A stretch of DNA of 55,705 bases from a virus (taxonomy: Duplodnaviria > Caudoviricetes), in the IMG/VR virus record IMGVR_UViG_3300017903_001594, positions 1-55,705 of that record. One strand, given 5' to 3'. Both the position numbers and the translations under genes were made by a program. The notes under the pieces were generated by a model that was not told where the DNA came from, searched no databases, and saw nothing but the letters and a program-made list of their open reading frames with translations. This document shows, piece after piece, positions 1 to 11,600 of the stretch. Numbering within the stretch: the stretch's first letter is position 1; each line of letters begins with the position of its first letter.

Positions 1-198
1 AATAATGTCGTGACCATTCAAAAGGTGGATAGATCCCAGTTGATCGCCAGCAGCATTCTTGAGAATAATCTCATGTGCCTGACCACCACCTGGATCATGG
101 GTCACATAAACTTTAGTCGCCCCTTCAGCATTCTGACCAGGATCGTCAGCATCGGCCATTGGGATCTGTGGTCCCAGAAGTTTGATTACTTGTGCCAT
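1..198 (-). CDS. Hypothetical protein, truncated by window edge (MAQVIKLLGPQIPMADADDPGQNAEGATKVYV...)
   Basis: Hand-translated; ATG at 198, 4 nt after the stop of 203..649; frame open to the window start; absent from the ORF track. Confidence 0.7.
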   Translation of the reverse strand, partial: MAQVIKLLGPQIPMADADDPGQNAEGATKVYVTHDPGGGQAHEIILKNAAGDQLGSIHLLNGHDII

Positions 199-202
199 TT
201 GA

Positions 203-649
203 TTATCCTGAAATTGCTACGGGAGAGACATACACATTACCAGAAGTAGGAGCACCATCAATTTGGAACAACTGATAGATCTCACCATTTTGATCCAATT
301 GATATTGCTCATATGTTGGACCTGCTGGATCTTCAATAGGAGTCTGACCAGGATTCTTTTCAAGATACATAGTCTCTCCAACTTCAAGCACAACTGCTGG
401 ATAGTTGTTTAGTTCTACATTTTGAATAGTAGAGATGTTGGATGGTTCTCCAGTGTTAGCATCAATCGCTTGAACCAAAGCTCTTCTAACTACCACACGG
501 GCATCGGTGGCATTTGTTACCTTGATCCAACGAGCACGATACAGTTCTTTTTGTTTCAAATGAACTGCCGCGGCAAGAGCGACAGAATGATCACCAGTAA
601 TTGTGGTTCCATCAACTACTGTTACTTTACCTTGTGGTCTGATGATCAT
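203..649 (-). CDS. Hypothetical protein downstream of gp16
   Basis: 148-aa ORF tightly packed after gp16; ATAAATA late-promoter motif at 672-678. Confidence 0.75.
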   Translation of the reverse strand: MIIRPQGKVTVVDGTTITGDHSVALAAAVHLKQKELYRARWIKVTNATDARVVVRRALVQAIDANTGEPSNISTIQNVELNNYPAVVLEVGETMYLEKNPGQTPIEDPAGPTYEQYQLDQNGEIYQLFQIDGAPTSGNVYVSPVAISG

Positions 650-651
650 GA

Positions 652-1074
652 CTATCCCGATTCTTCACTCTTATTTATCTGCTTCAGCATTTTTTGAAGG
701 TCTGCTGTGCTACCAACAAACAGATTATTGGTGGTGTTATTGGTTTCACGCTTAGTAGGTGCCTCAAGGTTCTTCATTTTTTGCTGAAGATCGATGAGTT
801 TGTCAGTGGCGTCTGCTACCTGCTTCATGGCGTTCACGGCGACTTCATACGCTCTTGGGTGCCCAGACTCCTGTGCTACCTCTAGCGCCCCGTCTAGCGC
901 CTCCTGTCCTTTACTAATTAATGAGTACAATTCACCACGGGTATATTCATAGTCAACTGTTTGATCGTCTTTCTTTTCTTTTTTTGGTTGTGGTGGTTTA
1001 GATACAGGTTCAATATCAGATGGTTCAACTTCAATATCAAACATATCTTCCATGTTGTCTTCAAATTTAGTCAT
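652..1074 (-). CDS. gp16: Terminase small subunit (T4 gp16-like)
   Basis: Motifs DYEYTRGELYSLI, HPRAYEVA, NNTTNNLFVGSTADLQKML; follows gp15. Confidence 0.93.
   Translation of the reverse strand: MTKFEDNMEDMFDIEVEPSDIEPVSKPPQPKKEKKDDQTVDYEYTRGELYSLISKGQEALDGALEVAQESGHPRAYEVAVNAMKQVADATDKLIDLQQKMKNLEAPTKRETNNTTNNLFVGSTADLQKMLKQINKSEESG
672..678 (-). promoter_or_regulatory. T4-type late promoter motif (ATAAATA)
   Basis: Motif in the 3' end of gp16, 22 nt upstream of the ATG at 649. Confidence 0.45.
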
Positions 1075-1874
1075 AAGATTTCAATACCTTCATTAAATCC
1101 AAAGTCGTCGGTAGAGATAACTAATTCATCATCAGCAGCAGTGATCTGACCGTCACCGTCTTTATCTTCTAATGCTTTGGGTGAGTAAGTATAAGAAGCA
1201 GTTCTTCTACTTTCAGCCAGATCACCAATAGACTCGTAAATAACTGCCTTTCTAATAATACCATTGTTACTATAGGGACCGTAAATATAAGACTTGGCGG
1301 TAAAATTTAAAGTCCAAACAATGCTTCTACGATTTAAAAAACTATCGTCCCAATCATCTTCATAATTAATATTGTTTAGCACAATGGCGATATCTCTTTT
1401 TTCTTCCATATCACTAATCATATTGAGAGTGATATTAAAATTAGGTTGAAAGAAGGGTAAAATTTGTTCTAAAATTTGTAGTCCAGTATCTTGATCTTTG
1501 GCAATAATGCCAAGCTCAAATGCCATATCATATGGAACAGGAACATATTGTGTTTTAACTTCAGACCCATCATCAGCAATAGTAGTTCTGTATTTTTGTA
1601 CAGGACTAGTTTTACGGGCAGAATCATAACTGATGTCTGTCATTTCAAAGTATAACCGTGGTAAGGTTATAGCAACCTTTCGATCTACATCTGGGTTTTG
1701 TTCTAAACGAGTAAGAAACTTTTGTTTTGGACCATACGCAAGAGGAACTTTCTCAACCTCCAAAACCTCATTGGTGTTAGGATCTTTTTTTATTAATTCG
1801 ATATTGTTGAATAATGTACCGAAACCAATAACTGTTTTACGTATTGCTTCGTTATAAAAATGTTGCCCTAGCAT
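1071..1874 (-). CDS. gp15: Tail sheath stabilizer / tail terminator (T4 gp15-like)
   Basis: FYNEAIRKTVIGFGTLFNNI, VPLAYGPKQKF, LQILEQILPFFQP motifs; gp13-14-15-16 synteny. Confidence 0.95.
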   Translation of the reverse strand: MLGQHFYNEAIRKTVIGFGTLFNNIELIKKDPNTNEVLEVEKVPLAYGPKQKFLTRLEQNPDVDRKVAITLPRLYFEMTDISYDSARKTSPVQKYRTTIADDGSEVKTQYVPVPYDMAFELGIIAKDQDTGLQILEQILPFFQPNFNITLNMISDMEEKRDIAIVLNNINYEDDWDDSFLNRRSIVWTLNFTAKSYIYGPYSNNGIIRKAVIYESIGDLAESRRTASYTYSPKALEDKDGDGQITAADDELVISTDDFGFNEGIEIL

Positions 1875-2752
1875 TAGAATGAATCCATAAAGTTACCGTA
1901 TTCACCGAATGGGTTTTTCTCTCCCCAGTCAATGAGATCATCAGCTTCTTGTTCGATTTCGTAGTTTTGATCGTACTCGCTGTTAGTATTATTTAGAGTA
2001 TCAAAAGTGCCTACAACCCAAACAGCACCACTGTCATCACCAGTTATGGCTTCGCCAGTAGCAAAAGTTCCTTTTCTGTTAATTACTTGAAGCACTCTTG
2101 TAGCATTGTCCCAAGACTTAACTTCTGCCTCAACTCCTGTCGTGCTACCAGTGACTGTTTCTCCAACCGTAAAGTCTCCTGTTCCACCAACAGAAAGTGT
2201 GAGGGCAATAGCACTGGAGAATAAAGTTTCAATCTCATCAATCTCAGCAACACCCGTAGAAATATCATCACTACCAACTTCATAGATTTCGGCAGTCATT
2301 GTGTAAAATTGTAATTTACCAAACTGGTAAAAAGGATTTTCTCTCTCTACAAATTTAATCTCATACAAATCTTCTGTTAAAGGAAAATATAAGAGATCTC
2401 CTTCGTTGGGTCTTCCATTTACAGTTAAATTATATCCAGTTGAAGCTTCATCCCAACGTCTAGTAGACACACGAAATTTTACTTCATCAGTAATACGTAA
2501 ACCAAATTTACTAATAAATTCAGATGTATCGCCAAATCCTGTCACATTCTCCAGAAGCATTTCTATCTGAAACTGTGACTCATACTTAGAGTAAACAATG
2601 TCATCTAAAGTATTATCTTTCAAAATTGTTCTGGGTATATAATAGATATCTGACCCGAACAATTTAATTTGTTCGTCAACTAGATCCTGGATGAGATTTT
2701 GCTCCCCAGAATCTCCTTGATAGTATGTGGGAAAATAAGGACTAGTAGGCAT
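1874..2752 (-). CDS. gp14: Neck protein (T4 gp14-like)
   Basis: EQNLIQDLVDEQIKLFG, SKFGL, RPNEGDLLYFP, FVERENPFYQFGK, ENPFG-like C-terminus. Confidence 0.95.
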   Translation of the reverse strand: MPTSPYFPTYYQGDSGEQNLIQDLVDEQIKLFGSDIYYIPRTILKDNTLDDIVYSKYESQFQIEMLLENVTGFGDTSEFISKFGLRITDEVKFRVSTRRWDEASTGYNLTVNGRPNEGDLLYFPLTEDLYEIKFVERENPFYQFGKLQFYTMTAEIYEVGSDDISTGVAEIDEIETLFSSAIALTLSVGGTGDFTVGETVTGSTTGVEAEVKSWDNATRVLQVINRKGTFATGEAITGDDSGAVWVVGTFDTLNNTNSEYDQNYEIEQEADDLIDWGEKNPFGEYGNFMDSF

Positions 2753-2753
2753 T

Positions 2754-3584
2754 TTATCCGATCATATCCATTGGTGGAAGCGAATACTTGGAAAGCATCT
2801 CTGCTTCAAGTGTTTGAACTTCATTATTGCCATCTTCCCAAATTTGACGACCATTAAGAGTAATACCACCAGGAAGTTGAACGTTATTATATTTAATAAG
2901 GTTTGCTCCCCACTGTCGCTTCATTAAAGCAGTAGCATACCTCTTGATAAATGAATCGTTATATACTTGGGTGTATGTATCTGGATCAATAGCACCCCAG
3001 CAATCAATCAAGATCCAGTTACCTTCTACTAGTCTGCTGGTGTCAATATCAATGTACAGTCTGTCCTGCCTCTTGGTAAATCTGTATTGTACAAAAGAAC
3101 CTGTATTAATAACTTGATCTAAAGTTTCAAAATACTGTTTGACCATATAAAAATTAGTCAGGTCAAAGTTTCCCATCTTGAATCCATTCGAGAAGGAGAA
3201 CATATCCATCAAGAAGAATTGGTTGGTCATACCAAACAGTTCGTTACGAACGAAGTTGGATGATACACCAAATACTTTACTGATACCCATCACATGATCA
3301 GGAATCTCTAGGAAGTTCTTTCTGTGTTCCCAACCAGTAGCATCTGGGTCTACGGTTTGTGTGACTTCATTTTGTGTAGTGAACCTAGTGATATCTAAAT
3401 CAGTAATGTTATGCTTGAGATACATCTTCTCAAGTCCATCGAAATGATGTTCGTGGTAAAACTGGATGGCATCGTCAATGATGTCACTAGTTTGCTCATC
3501 AGCAATATTGATTTGTAATACAGGAGCTCCCAACTGACGCTTACAGTAATCAATTAGTTCCTGCCTAGTGCTTGGCGATGCCAT
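2754..3584 (-). CDS. gp13: Neck protein (T4 gp13-like)
   Basis: RQELIDYCKRQLGAPVLQINI, KRQWGANLIKY, LPGGITLNG, PPMDMIG; ATG at 3584 preferred over TTG at 3593. Confidence 0.95.
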   Translation of the reverse strand: MASPSTRQELIDYCKRQLGAPVLQINIADEQTSDIIDDAIQFYHEHHFDGLEKMYLKHNITDLDITRFTTQNEVTQTVDPDATGWEHRKNFLEIPDHVMGISKVFGVSSNFVRNELFGMTNQFFLMDMFSFSNGFKMGNFDLTNFYMVKQYFETLDQVINTGSFVQYRFTKRQDRLYIDIDTSRLVEGNWILIDCWGAIDPDTYTQVYNDSFIKRYATALMKRQWGANLIKYNNVQLPGGITLNGRQIWEDGNNEVQTLEAEMLSKYSLPPMDMIG

Positions 3585-3610
3585 GTATCCCAATACAAAA
3601 TCCCTAATAC

Positions 3611-3617
3611 TATTTAG
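3611..3617 (-). promoter_or_regulatory. Late promoter variant (CTAAATA) upstream of gp13
   Basis: TAAATA core 26 nt upstream of the gp13 ATG. Confidence 0.5.
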
Positions 3618-4213
3618 TCATCCTCATTATAATCAGTATCAAAACTCACGTTAAATGCTATAGAAATCCTTTCACCATCACCTGTGTTCTCACTTACATC
3701 ATGTTCTAGCCAAGAAGGAAACAAAATTAATTCATCTACTTCAGGACTATATGTCAAATAAGTAATGCCATTATAAAAAAATTTATGATCTTTCATTCCT
3801 CTTATCCAATGACCTCTGGGATCATAAAATTTTATGTCACCAGAACCCTCAGGAACTTTTAAATAGTAAACACCACTTAAAAAAATAGTTGTATTTAAAT
3901 GAGAATGTGGTTTATTGTATGATCCTTTTGGGTTAATATTAACCCAAGAATTAAATCTAATTGGTTTATCGTTTATTTTAGTTATCTCAACGAGTTTATT
4001 AGAAATTTTTTGAAATAAATGTTCACATTCAAAATACTTATCAGATATATTGATACCACCAGATTGCCATCCAGCAACATTAGATCCCCCATCTCCAAGA
4101 GAAAGGGGAGTACTTTCTTTACGAAATTTTTCTATAGCCTTCTCTACTATAGTAGTATCTGCTCCTAAAGATCCAGAAAAGAAAGCTGTAGAAAATAGAT
4201 CATACCTCTTCAT
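3614..4213 (-). CDS. Putative 2OG-Fe(II) oxygenase
   Basis: WVNIN...NKPHSH, LSGVYY, FYDPR, LILFPSWLEHDV, RISIAFN: double-stranded beta-helix oxygenase signature. Confidence 0.88.
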   Translation of the reverse strand: MKRYDLFSTAFFSGSLGADTTIVEKAIEKFRKESTPLSLGDGGSNVAGWQSGGINISDKYFECEHLFQKISNKLVEITKINDKPIRFNSWVNINPKGSYNKPHSHLNTTIFLSGVYYLKVPEGSGDIKFYDPRGHWIRGMKDHKFFYNGITYLTYSPEVDELILFPSWLEHDVSENTGDGERISIAFNVSFDTDYNEDD

Positions 4214-4388
4214 TAGAAGTCGAACCTTCTTCTTCTTTAGGATCCAGTAGATCGAGAGTCTCTAGACCACCCTGTAGTTTTAGTTTATACTCTCTTGCTT
4301 TTGCTAGATTAGTTTCCAACTCACCGATCTGCTTATCGGCACTTGCAAGTTGCTCTTCAAAATTTTTTCTTAGTTGTTCAGTGTCCAT
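4200..4388 (-). CDS. Small coiled-coil hypothetical protein
   Basis: 62 aa with heptad-like pattern; own ATAAATA motif at 4418-4424. Confidence 0.75.
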   Translation of the reverse strand: MDTEQLRKNFEEQLASADKQIGELETNLAKAREYKLKLQGGLETLDLLDPKEEEGSTSNEEV

Positions 4389-4417
4389 GGTACTTACGAA
4401 AAATTATATTATATCAC

Positions 4418-4424
4418 TATTTAT
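4418..4424 (-). promoter_or_regulatory. T4-type late promoter motif (ATAAATA)
   Basis: Overlaps the stop of 4421..5284; 29 nt upstream of the ATG at 4388. Confidence 0.5.
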
Positions 4425-5284
4425 GGATATTTAACAAATAGATATCCCTGGTATGTATTGGAACTATAACTCGTTCCTCCCCAGCGAACATATTGTCTAC
4501 TACTATCACCAGCGTTATAGTTACCAAATCCATAACCTTGGTTTGAAGACAAATCAGGACCAGGGAAGTTACCATCAGCAGTGCCGTTCATATTAAATCC
4601 CCACAAACCATCGTCAGCGGCAAATCTAGATGTTGAGTAATAACCAAAACCAGATATGTCTCGTCGTTGGTTGTTGGAGAATGTCCAAGTAGTAGTGGAG
4701 CTATTTCTGACTGTAGTATTATTAATGGCATCAAAAACAAATACCTTAATATCCTTTTGGTCATCTTCATTAAAGAAAAATTCTTGAAGCTGATTCCTAC
4801 TATCTTCAAACGTCATGACCCATATACCATAATATCGATTAGTATCAGAAATAGCCATAGCCATAAAATAACGATCCTCCTCGGCACCATCAAATCCACT
4901 AGTTTTTTCTAGAGAAGTGGTACTCTCAAAAGCTGACTGACTGAATACACCTGTAGTTGTAGTTGGATCTCCCTGACCCATCGACTCCACCTGAGATCCA
5001 TACCTAGGTGTAGCAACTAATGTATATCCAGCATCTGAGATGATACTATTAAATCCACTAACATCACTATATGATAGAGAAGCAAAATCACCATTCATTG
5101 CTTCTAAATCACCAAAGGTCGATGCTGCTCCTGTTTCTCTCCAGGAATTACCTTCTCTTAAACGGAGTTTTTGGGTTGATGTATTAAAATAAATCCTTCC
5201 ATTAGCAGCAGTTGGATTAGATCCGTAAACAGGAATGTTTACTCTCTGTCCAACATCAATACTAGCATTTGTAATTTTACTCAT
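4421..5284 (-). CDS. Putative fibre-tip / receptor-binding virion protein
   Basis: N-terminal fibre motif GRIYFNTSTQKLRLREGNSW followed by an aromatic/Gly-rich globular domain; downstream of the giant fibre gene. Confidence 0.6.
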   Translation of the reverse strand: MSKITNASIDVGQRVNIPVYGSNPTAANGRIYFNTSTQKLRLREGNSWRETGAASTFGDLEAMNGDFASLSYSDVSGFNSIISDAGYTLVATPRYGSQVESMGQGDPTTTTGVFSQSAFESTTSLEKTSGFDGAEEDRYFMAMAISDTNRYYGIWVMTFEDSRNQLQEFFFNEDDQKDIKVFVFDAINNTTVRNSSTTTWTFSNNQRRDISGFGYYSTSRFAADDGLWGFNMNGTADGNFPGPDLSSNQGYGFGNYNAGDSSRQYVRWGGTSYSSNTYQGYLFVKYP

Positions 5285-5466
5285 GCAATTTTACCCTCTT
5301 TCCATTCGGTTCCAGTGTACCAACGAATATTGTCGGTGGATGTATTAATATATATCTGACCTCTAACTGGGTTGGATGGGTTACCGTTGTTTCTAGGTAT
5401 TTTGAAAATACCACTTCCAGAATTACTGCCGATAACTAATTGTTCTACTTTTAATTGTCCAGGCAT
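5281..5466 (-). CDS. Small fibre-adaptor-like protein
   Basis: 61 aa consisting mostly of the motif PSNPVRGQIYINTSTDNIRWYTGTEW; GAGG upstream; ATGA overlap with next gene. Confidence 0.7.
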   Translation of the reverse strand: MPGQLKVEQLVIGSNSGSGIFKIPRNNGNPSNPVRGQIYINTSTDNIRWYTGTEWKEGKIA

Positions 5467-5479
5467 AATTATTTACCTC

Positions 5480-5665
5480 TTAAATGCTTTGCCATTTAGA
5501 TCCATTCCAGACTTTGAGACCGTTGCCAATTAAAGCAAGATCTCCAGTTGTTGGTGTCCAATCAATTTCACTAGTACTATCAAATGACGGAACGACACAT
5601 TTTTCATCGTCAGAATGTGTCAGTTCCGTAATTGTCAACTTAGATGATTCGTTTAGGGGAGACAT
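5480..5665 (-). CDS. Small fibre-adaptor-like protein
   Basis: 61 aa from ATG 5665, ending PTTGDLALIGNGLKVWNGSKW; related to the adjacent ORF. Confidence 0.65.
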   Translation of the reverse strand: MSPLNESSKLTITELTHSDDEKCVVPSFDSTSEIDWTPTTGDLALIGNGLKVWNGSKWQSI

Positions 5666-5670
5666 TTGTA

Positions 5671-8600
5671 TTAAGCGATAATCCATTCAGCGCCATCACT
5701 AATAGTGACGGTTACATTATTATTTATGACGATTGGACCTGTAGAATATCCAACAGCATTAGCTGGGATAGTTGTATTCGCCGTAATGTTTTGGTACAGT
5801 GCTTTGATGATACCATCATCACCATACCACTGATCATTACCCTTGACCTGAAGTGTTCCAGATTTGAGGTTGAGAGCAGCAACAGTAGCAGAACCAGTAA
5901 TTTGTAATTTAGCGCCAGTGGTGACACTAGCACCAATAGAAACCAGACCAGCTGTTCTTTCAATATCGGATGTACCAGAATTTGTCCAGTTAGATCCACT
6001 GAATGTATTACCATCAATGGTGAACTGACCACTATTGATATTCAAGTTGCCATTAACTTCCAGAGCATATTCACCAGTTGGAGGATCTTGGTTGATACCA
6101 ACTCTATTGTTATTGGCGTTAACTGTAATGGCAGCGTCACCAGTAAAGGCAGTACCATTATCATCATCAGATCCTTCAATTCTTAGGATGTCGTCAACAG
6201 CAGCATTGATTCTAAAGTTTCTAGCACCGCCATCGTCAGCACCAGAGGCAATCAGTTCAACAATAGCACCAGGGTTAGAACCATCGTCTTTAACAATAAC
6301 TTTATCGACCCTGATGTTACCAGCAACATCAAGTACCTCAGCAGCATCACGTTGAATGCCAATCTTTTGAGCAACCTTTAGATTACCACCTGCTTCAAAT
6401 CTTAAATATTCGTTGAGGGAAGTAATCGTGGCCTCAGGTCCAGTATTGTTACCAGCAATAATGAGATCTGCTGTGTTATTACCAGCATCTTCTCTAAAGA
6501 TGTTCCAAGTATAAGCATCTCCAGCATTCTGGAAAGCAATACCTTGATCGAGTTCATTATCAGAAACTTGTAACGTTAGATCATTTCTAAGACCACCATA
6601 GATAGCAAGTTTACCATCATTTGCTCCAGGTTCTTGACCGATACCAACTTTTGCTTGTGCTTTATCGACAAAGAGAATGTTAGCACTACTATCAGAAAGA
6701 ACTTTTAAGTCTCCTGTGATAGTAGTAGCACCAGTTACTCCAAGAGGACCAGCTTCAACAGTGATGCCCCATGGGGCGGCAGTGTCACCAGAATCTCCAA
6801 TAACCAAACTACCTTGGATTGTACCACCATCACTACCTAAGTTTCCAGTAGCAGTACCTTCAAACGAAGCAGCGTAAATCTTATTGCCATAGAAGTCACC
6901 ATTCTTATCTCTCATTACGATGTTGTACTTGGTGACGTTCTCTTCTGGTGTAGACTCAACAAAGTCGGCACTATCAGTACCAGTGTATGTACTAGCACCA
7001 GCAAGCTCAGCAGTCGTTCCAGTACCAACAGTTGGTTCTAGAATAACTTCGTTCCAGATTCTATTAGAACCATTGAGGAACAGACTATTACCATCAAGAA
7101 CATTGAATGTAAGTTTACCAGTTTGCTGGGCGTTGACTTGAGTACCAGTCGTACCAATCTCAGCAATAATTTGTGCCTGCCAATCAGCAGAACCTGATGG
7201 ATGGAAATTGATAGAAGGTGTGGTTTGAACGTTACCTTCATTTCTTCCAAGTCGTACTGTAGCAGTGCCCGAACTTTGGGCAATTTCTACAGCAGAATAA
7301 GATTGACTTGGAATTTCATCAGATCCAGAAGCAAAATTAGACCAATGATAATCAGTAACCACACATCTTTGGTTAGCTCCACTGCTATCACTTCCACCCA
7401 TACTAATAATATCTTGGCGTAGCTCGTCATTATCGACAACGATACTGCCAGTAACAATATAACCAGATGCTCTGTAATACCACTCGCTTTGATCATCTCC
7501 TGAAGAGTATACTACTGCTTCTTCGAGAACAACAGAAGCAACATTACCACCTGTTCCACTAGAAGTGGTGTAAAGATTAATTGTAGATCCTGTTGTAAAT
7601 GGTGAGGCAGAAAGTTTTGCTACGAGAGCAAGGTCGAGAGTATCACAGAAGAATTCAAAAGATTGATTGGTGTATTCATAGAGACTAATTTTATCCTTGA
7701 AGGCTTTTCTAGTCTGGTGTTTAGCAATTCTAGAATCTCTTAGATAACCAGAAATTTGATTTTGGGAATTTTGTAACCAAGATCCTTGTCTAGAATCAAT
7801 ACGGTCAGCATCCAATCCACTACCCGCTCCGTCTGAACCTGAAGTCCAGACTTTATGCCAGTTCTTAAAGGTAGTTAAACTAGAATTAGTACCTCTAAAC
7901 CAGAATCCACCACCAGAGTCATCACCAGGACCGTCAGTAAATGCTAGTTGTCTTACACCACCAGCAGACTCACTAGCCCTAATACTCATTAAGAGGTATG
8001 GTTGTGGGTTCTGGGGATCTGGAGTATCATCTAAACCGTTGATTCCATTGTTCTTAGGAACAACAACAACACCTTCGTTGACTGAAGTAATGACTGTGGA
8101 GTCATCGAGTTGATCGTTACCATTTTGCCAATAGAGTCTTCTGGTATTGGCAGATTGCTGAGTGATGCTGATATCATAAGAACCAGTCAAACGTGCTTTG
8201 TTAAGACTACCAGAACCGATGTTAGAAGCATTTGTATAATACGATCCTTCAAATCCGTCTAGAGTATCAGCATCGAGATTACTATTTTCACCAGTTTTTA
8301 AAGAAATGGAACCATCGCCAGCAGTACCAATATTAAATTGATCTCTCTTAAATCTAGCAATACCCAATGTACCATAATCATCCTGACCAGCATCAGTAAC
8401 TCTGGCAATATCAATAGATGTATTAGCATACATCTTGTTAGTAGTAGATCGTTTTGCTTCTAGTACCAGACCAGAACCACCACCGAGTTCGGGTGGGAAT
8501 ACGTCTACGGTAAAGTCTTGACTGTATTGTTGTCCACCATCAACAACTACAACATTTGTTACTACACCGTCTACGATAGATATATTTACTTTAAGACCAG

Positions 8601-11600
8601 TACCAGTACCGCCAGATAGACTTACGTCACGGGCAGTACCAGATGTTTGAGTTCCATCAATAGTACAATTACTACCACCATCAGCAATAACAACACTATC
8701 GATGAAGTTACCCAAGCTATAGTTAGAATCTAACTGAATTGGAGAATTGTTTCTGGTAAAGTTGATGACACTATCCTGTGGAGTAGAATCATCAGTTGGA
8801 GTATCTAGTGTGATTGTAATTGTTTGACCATCCAAAGAAACGATGAATGATTGGATGATTGTGTCGTTAGCAATACCAGGACCACTAACACCATGCCCTT
8901 TAATAATATTATCGCTAAATGGAACCTGAATCTGAGAAGAACCAGAACCAGTTCCAGTCAAAGTCTTGAGGAAGTATCTATTCTCAGGACCTTTGAGTGA
9001 CTGAACTACAGGAGCATAAGATTGGTCACCTCTTAGGAATGTGAAAGAGTTGGCAGCGGAGTCGTTGCTTGCCAATCTCGCTGTAGAAATAACACCCGAT
9101 TGAATGTCTCCAGCATCAATAACATTGGAGGATAGTGATACCCAATTATCGGCAGAAGTACCAGAAGTGTTGACAACTCTAGTGAGACTGACTGTTACTG
9201 GTGTTGCGTTATCAGTTTCGATTGTATCAGAATCGTTAATCTTGATGTTGTTGACAATATCTCCATAAAGTCTGCTCTCAATCAAAGCTTCCGCTGTTGC
9301 TGTAGTTCCCACAGGAGGAGCATCAATAACAACAGTTGGAGCAGTGGTGTAACCCTTACCACCAACATAACCATTATCAAACTCAAGTACAATAGTTACA
9401 ACTTTACCACCAGCAATTGTTGAGAATGCCTTGGCATTTACAGCACCGATCTGCTGGTTTCCGCCAACAAAATTAATTGCTGGAGGTTCGGTGTACCCTT
9501 CGCCACCATCTGTGATATTGATCTGGTATACAACGCCAATTCTGGATTCTGTTGCTTGAATTTTACCACCAGTTCCAGATCCAGTGTAAATATTATTCAC
9601 TGAGAACTGATAGTTGATAGATCCGTCTGATCCAGTAGTAACGGGATAGGCAAGGAACAAACTAGAATTATCGTTGTTTAGAATGTAAGATTCTGTAGCT
9701 CCTGTTGTATCTGAATTATCTTGGATAGCAATATCACCAGCGAGAGCACCTTCTAACCTCAATCTTTCTTGATCATTGGTTACAGTGAAAACACTGAATG
9801 GTCTAATAGGTGGTAATTGATCAGCATTAATCTTACCAGAATCTGTAAGTTCGACTAGTGCTCTAGGAACTGGGTTTGTAGAATATGGTTTGTTGATGTA
9901 AGGACCGAGGTTGTTGATGATATAGTCTCTAACTGCTTTCTGAGTAGAGATTAAACTGTCGGAAGATTGTGTTCCGCCTAAAGTATTGTCGGAGGAGAAT
10001 CCAGTAACAACAACGTCACCGCCCTTCAGTTTCAAGAATTCAACTTCTGAGATCGAAACTGTACCTGTGAAGGTGATAGCACCAGTTCTGTTTTCAATCT
10101 TAGCGAACGTACCAACTTTAAAGTCACCTAGTTCGTCAGTACCAGAGACATAGACTCGTCCATAATTTTGTGGAACTTGTTCAAATGCTTCAACTTTAAC
10201 ACCACCGTTTTCTGGTAATGCTAGATAGGTAGTACCAGATCCAGCATATTCCCAAGTGTGAGAAGAGGAGTTAACAATAGATGGTCTGTGTAGTCTGATA
10301 GTTTCGTTAACAAGTTGAGAACCAGTAACAATTGTTGGGTTCTGGGGGTCGGGATCAGTTAGAGATACCCACTCTCCAGCGAGACCTAGACCAGATTCGA
10401 GAGTAATGGTAGGTTCTCCAGCAGAACCTTCTACAACATCGATGAAGTATTCAACACTTTCATTGTAGTTTCTGTATCCATCAATTTTGACGATATAGTG
10501 CTCAAGCGGTTTTCTTCCTAAATTCTGAATGGCAAATGTAGTTTTGCCAGATATTGTTTGTCCAGCTTCAGAAATAGTACCAACGTCAAACTCATATGCT
10601 TCATCACGGAATCCAGTAGCTCTTAAAGCGAATGTGCCGAAGTTTGTGGCAGAGTTGGTAATAGAGCAATAACCACCAGTTTCTGCTAGAACGCCATCAG
10701 CACAGAAGATAACGAAGACCGAAACCAACTGAACATAACCATCGTTGATGATCTTATATCCCGTACCACCAAACGAGACAATCGTGAATGCCGAAGCAAC
10801 CATCGATTTACCTTGGTTGGGGAAGGTGGCAGTTCCGTCTGGTTGTAAACCAGGGAAAGGACAGTTGGGTTGCTTAACTTTAGAACCATCAACTTCAGCA
10901 CCGCCACCGCCTAGGAAGGAGATAACAGAAGCGTTCTGAGTGTATGGCGATGCTTCGATGATTGGGTAATCGTCAAATCTACCACGAATAGCAATTCTAG
11001 TATTATTTTCATCATAAATGAACGAACTTGGGTAAGTAATAATAGAATCTGTCTCGAATAAATCTCCAGTTGTTTTTGTGGTGTCTCCAGGTAAAACAGA
11101 TCCAGAAAGAATATTGGTGAAGATAGAAAATTCAGTTATAATAGCAGTTTCAACGTTAGCACAAAGAGGTGCCACGCCATCTGGATATGCTACAGCAGCA
11201 TTTGTCTCTGCTCTTACGAATGTATGTTGTGATTGTGGAAGATGTGAAATAGCATTTACTGCTACTGGTTGGTCAGGAATAAATGTGTGTGTCGATTGTG
11301 GTTCATGCTTAATGGCATTTAATGTAGCACTAACGAAGACATGATCAGATTGATCGACAGTAGGACCGACATCAATTGTGAAAGTTCCATCCTGACGCTC
11401 AAGTCCATTGGCATCAGCAGCAACAAACGTATGTGCTCCAGTATAAGAAGATGGACCAATATTAATATCAAACGTATCTGCCGTTACGTTGCTGATTTGT
11501 AACCAACGACCAGAAGGATAATCATATCCAGGACGTGGGTAAGACTTAGTTACTGTATTACCATCTAATACACATGTAAAGTCTAGAGATTCATCATCAA

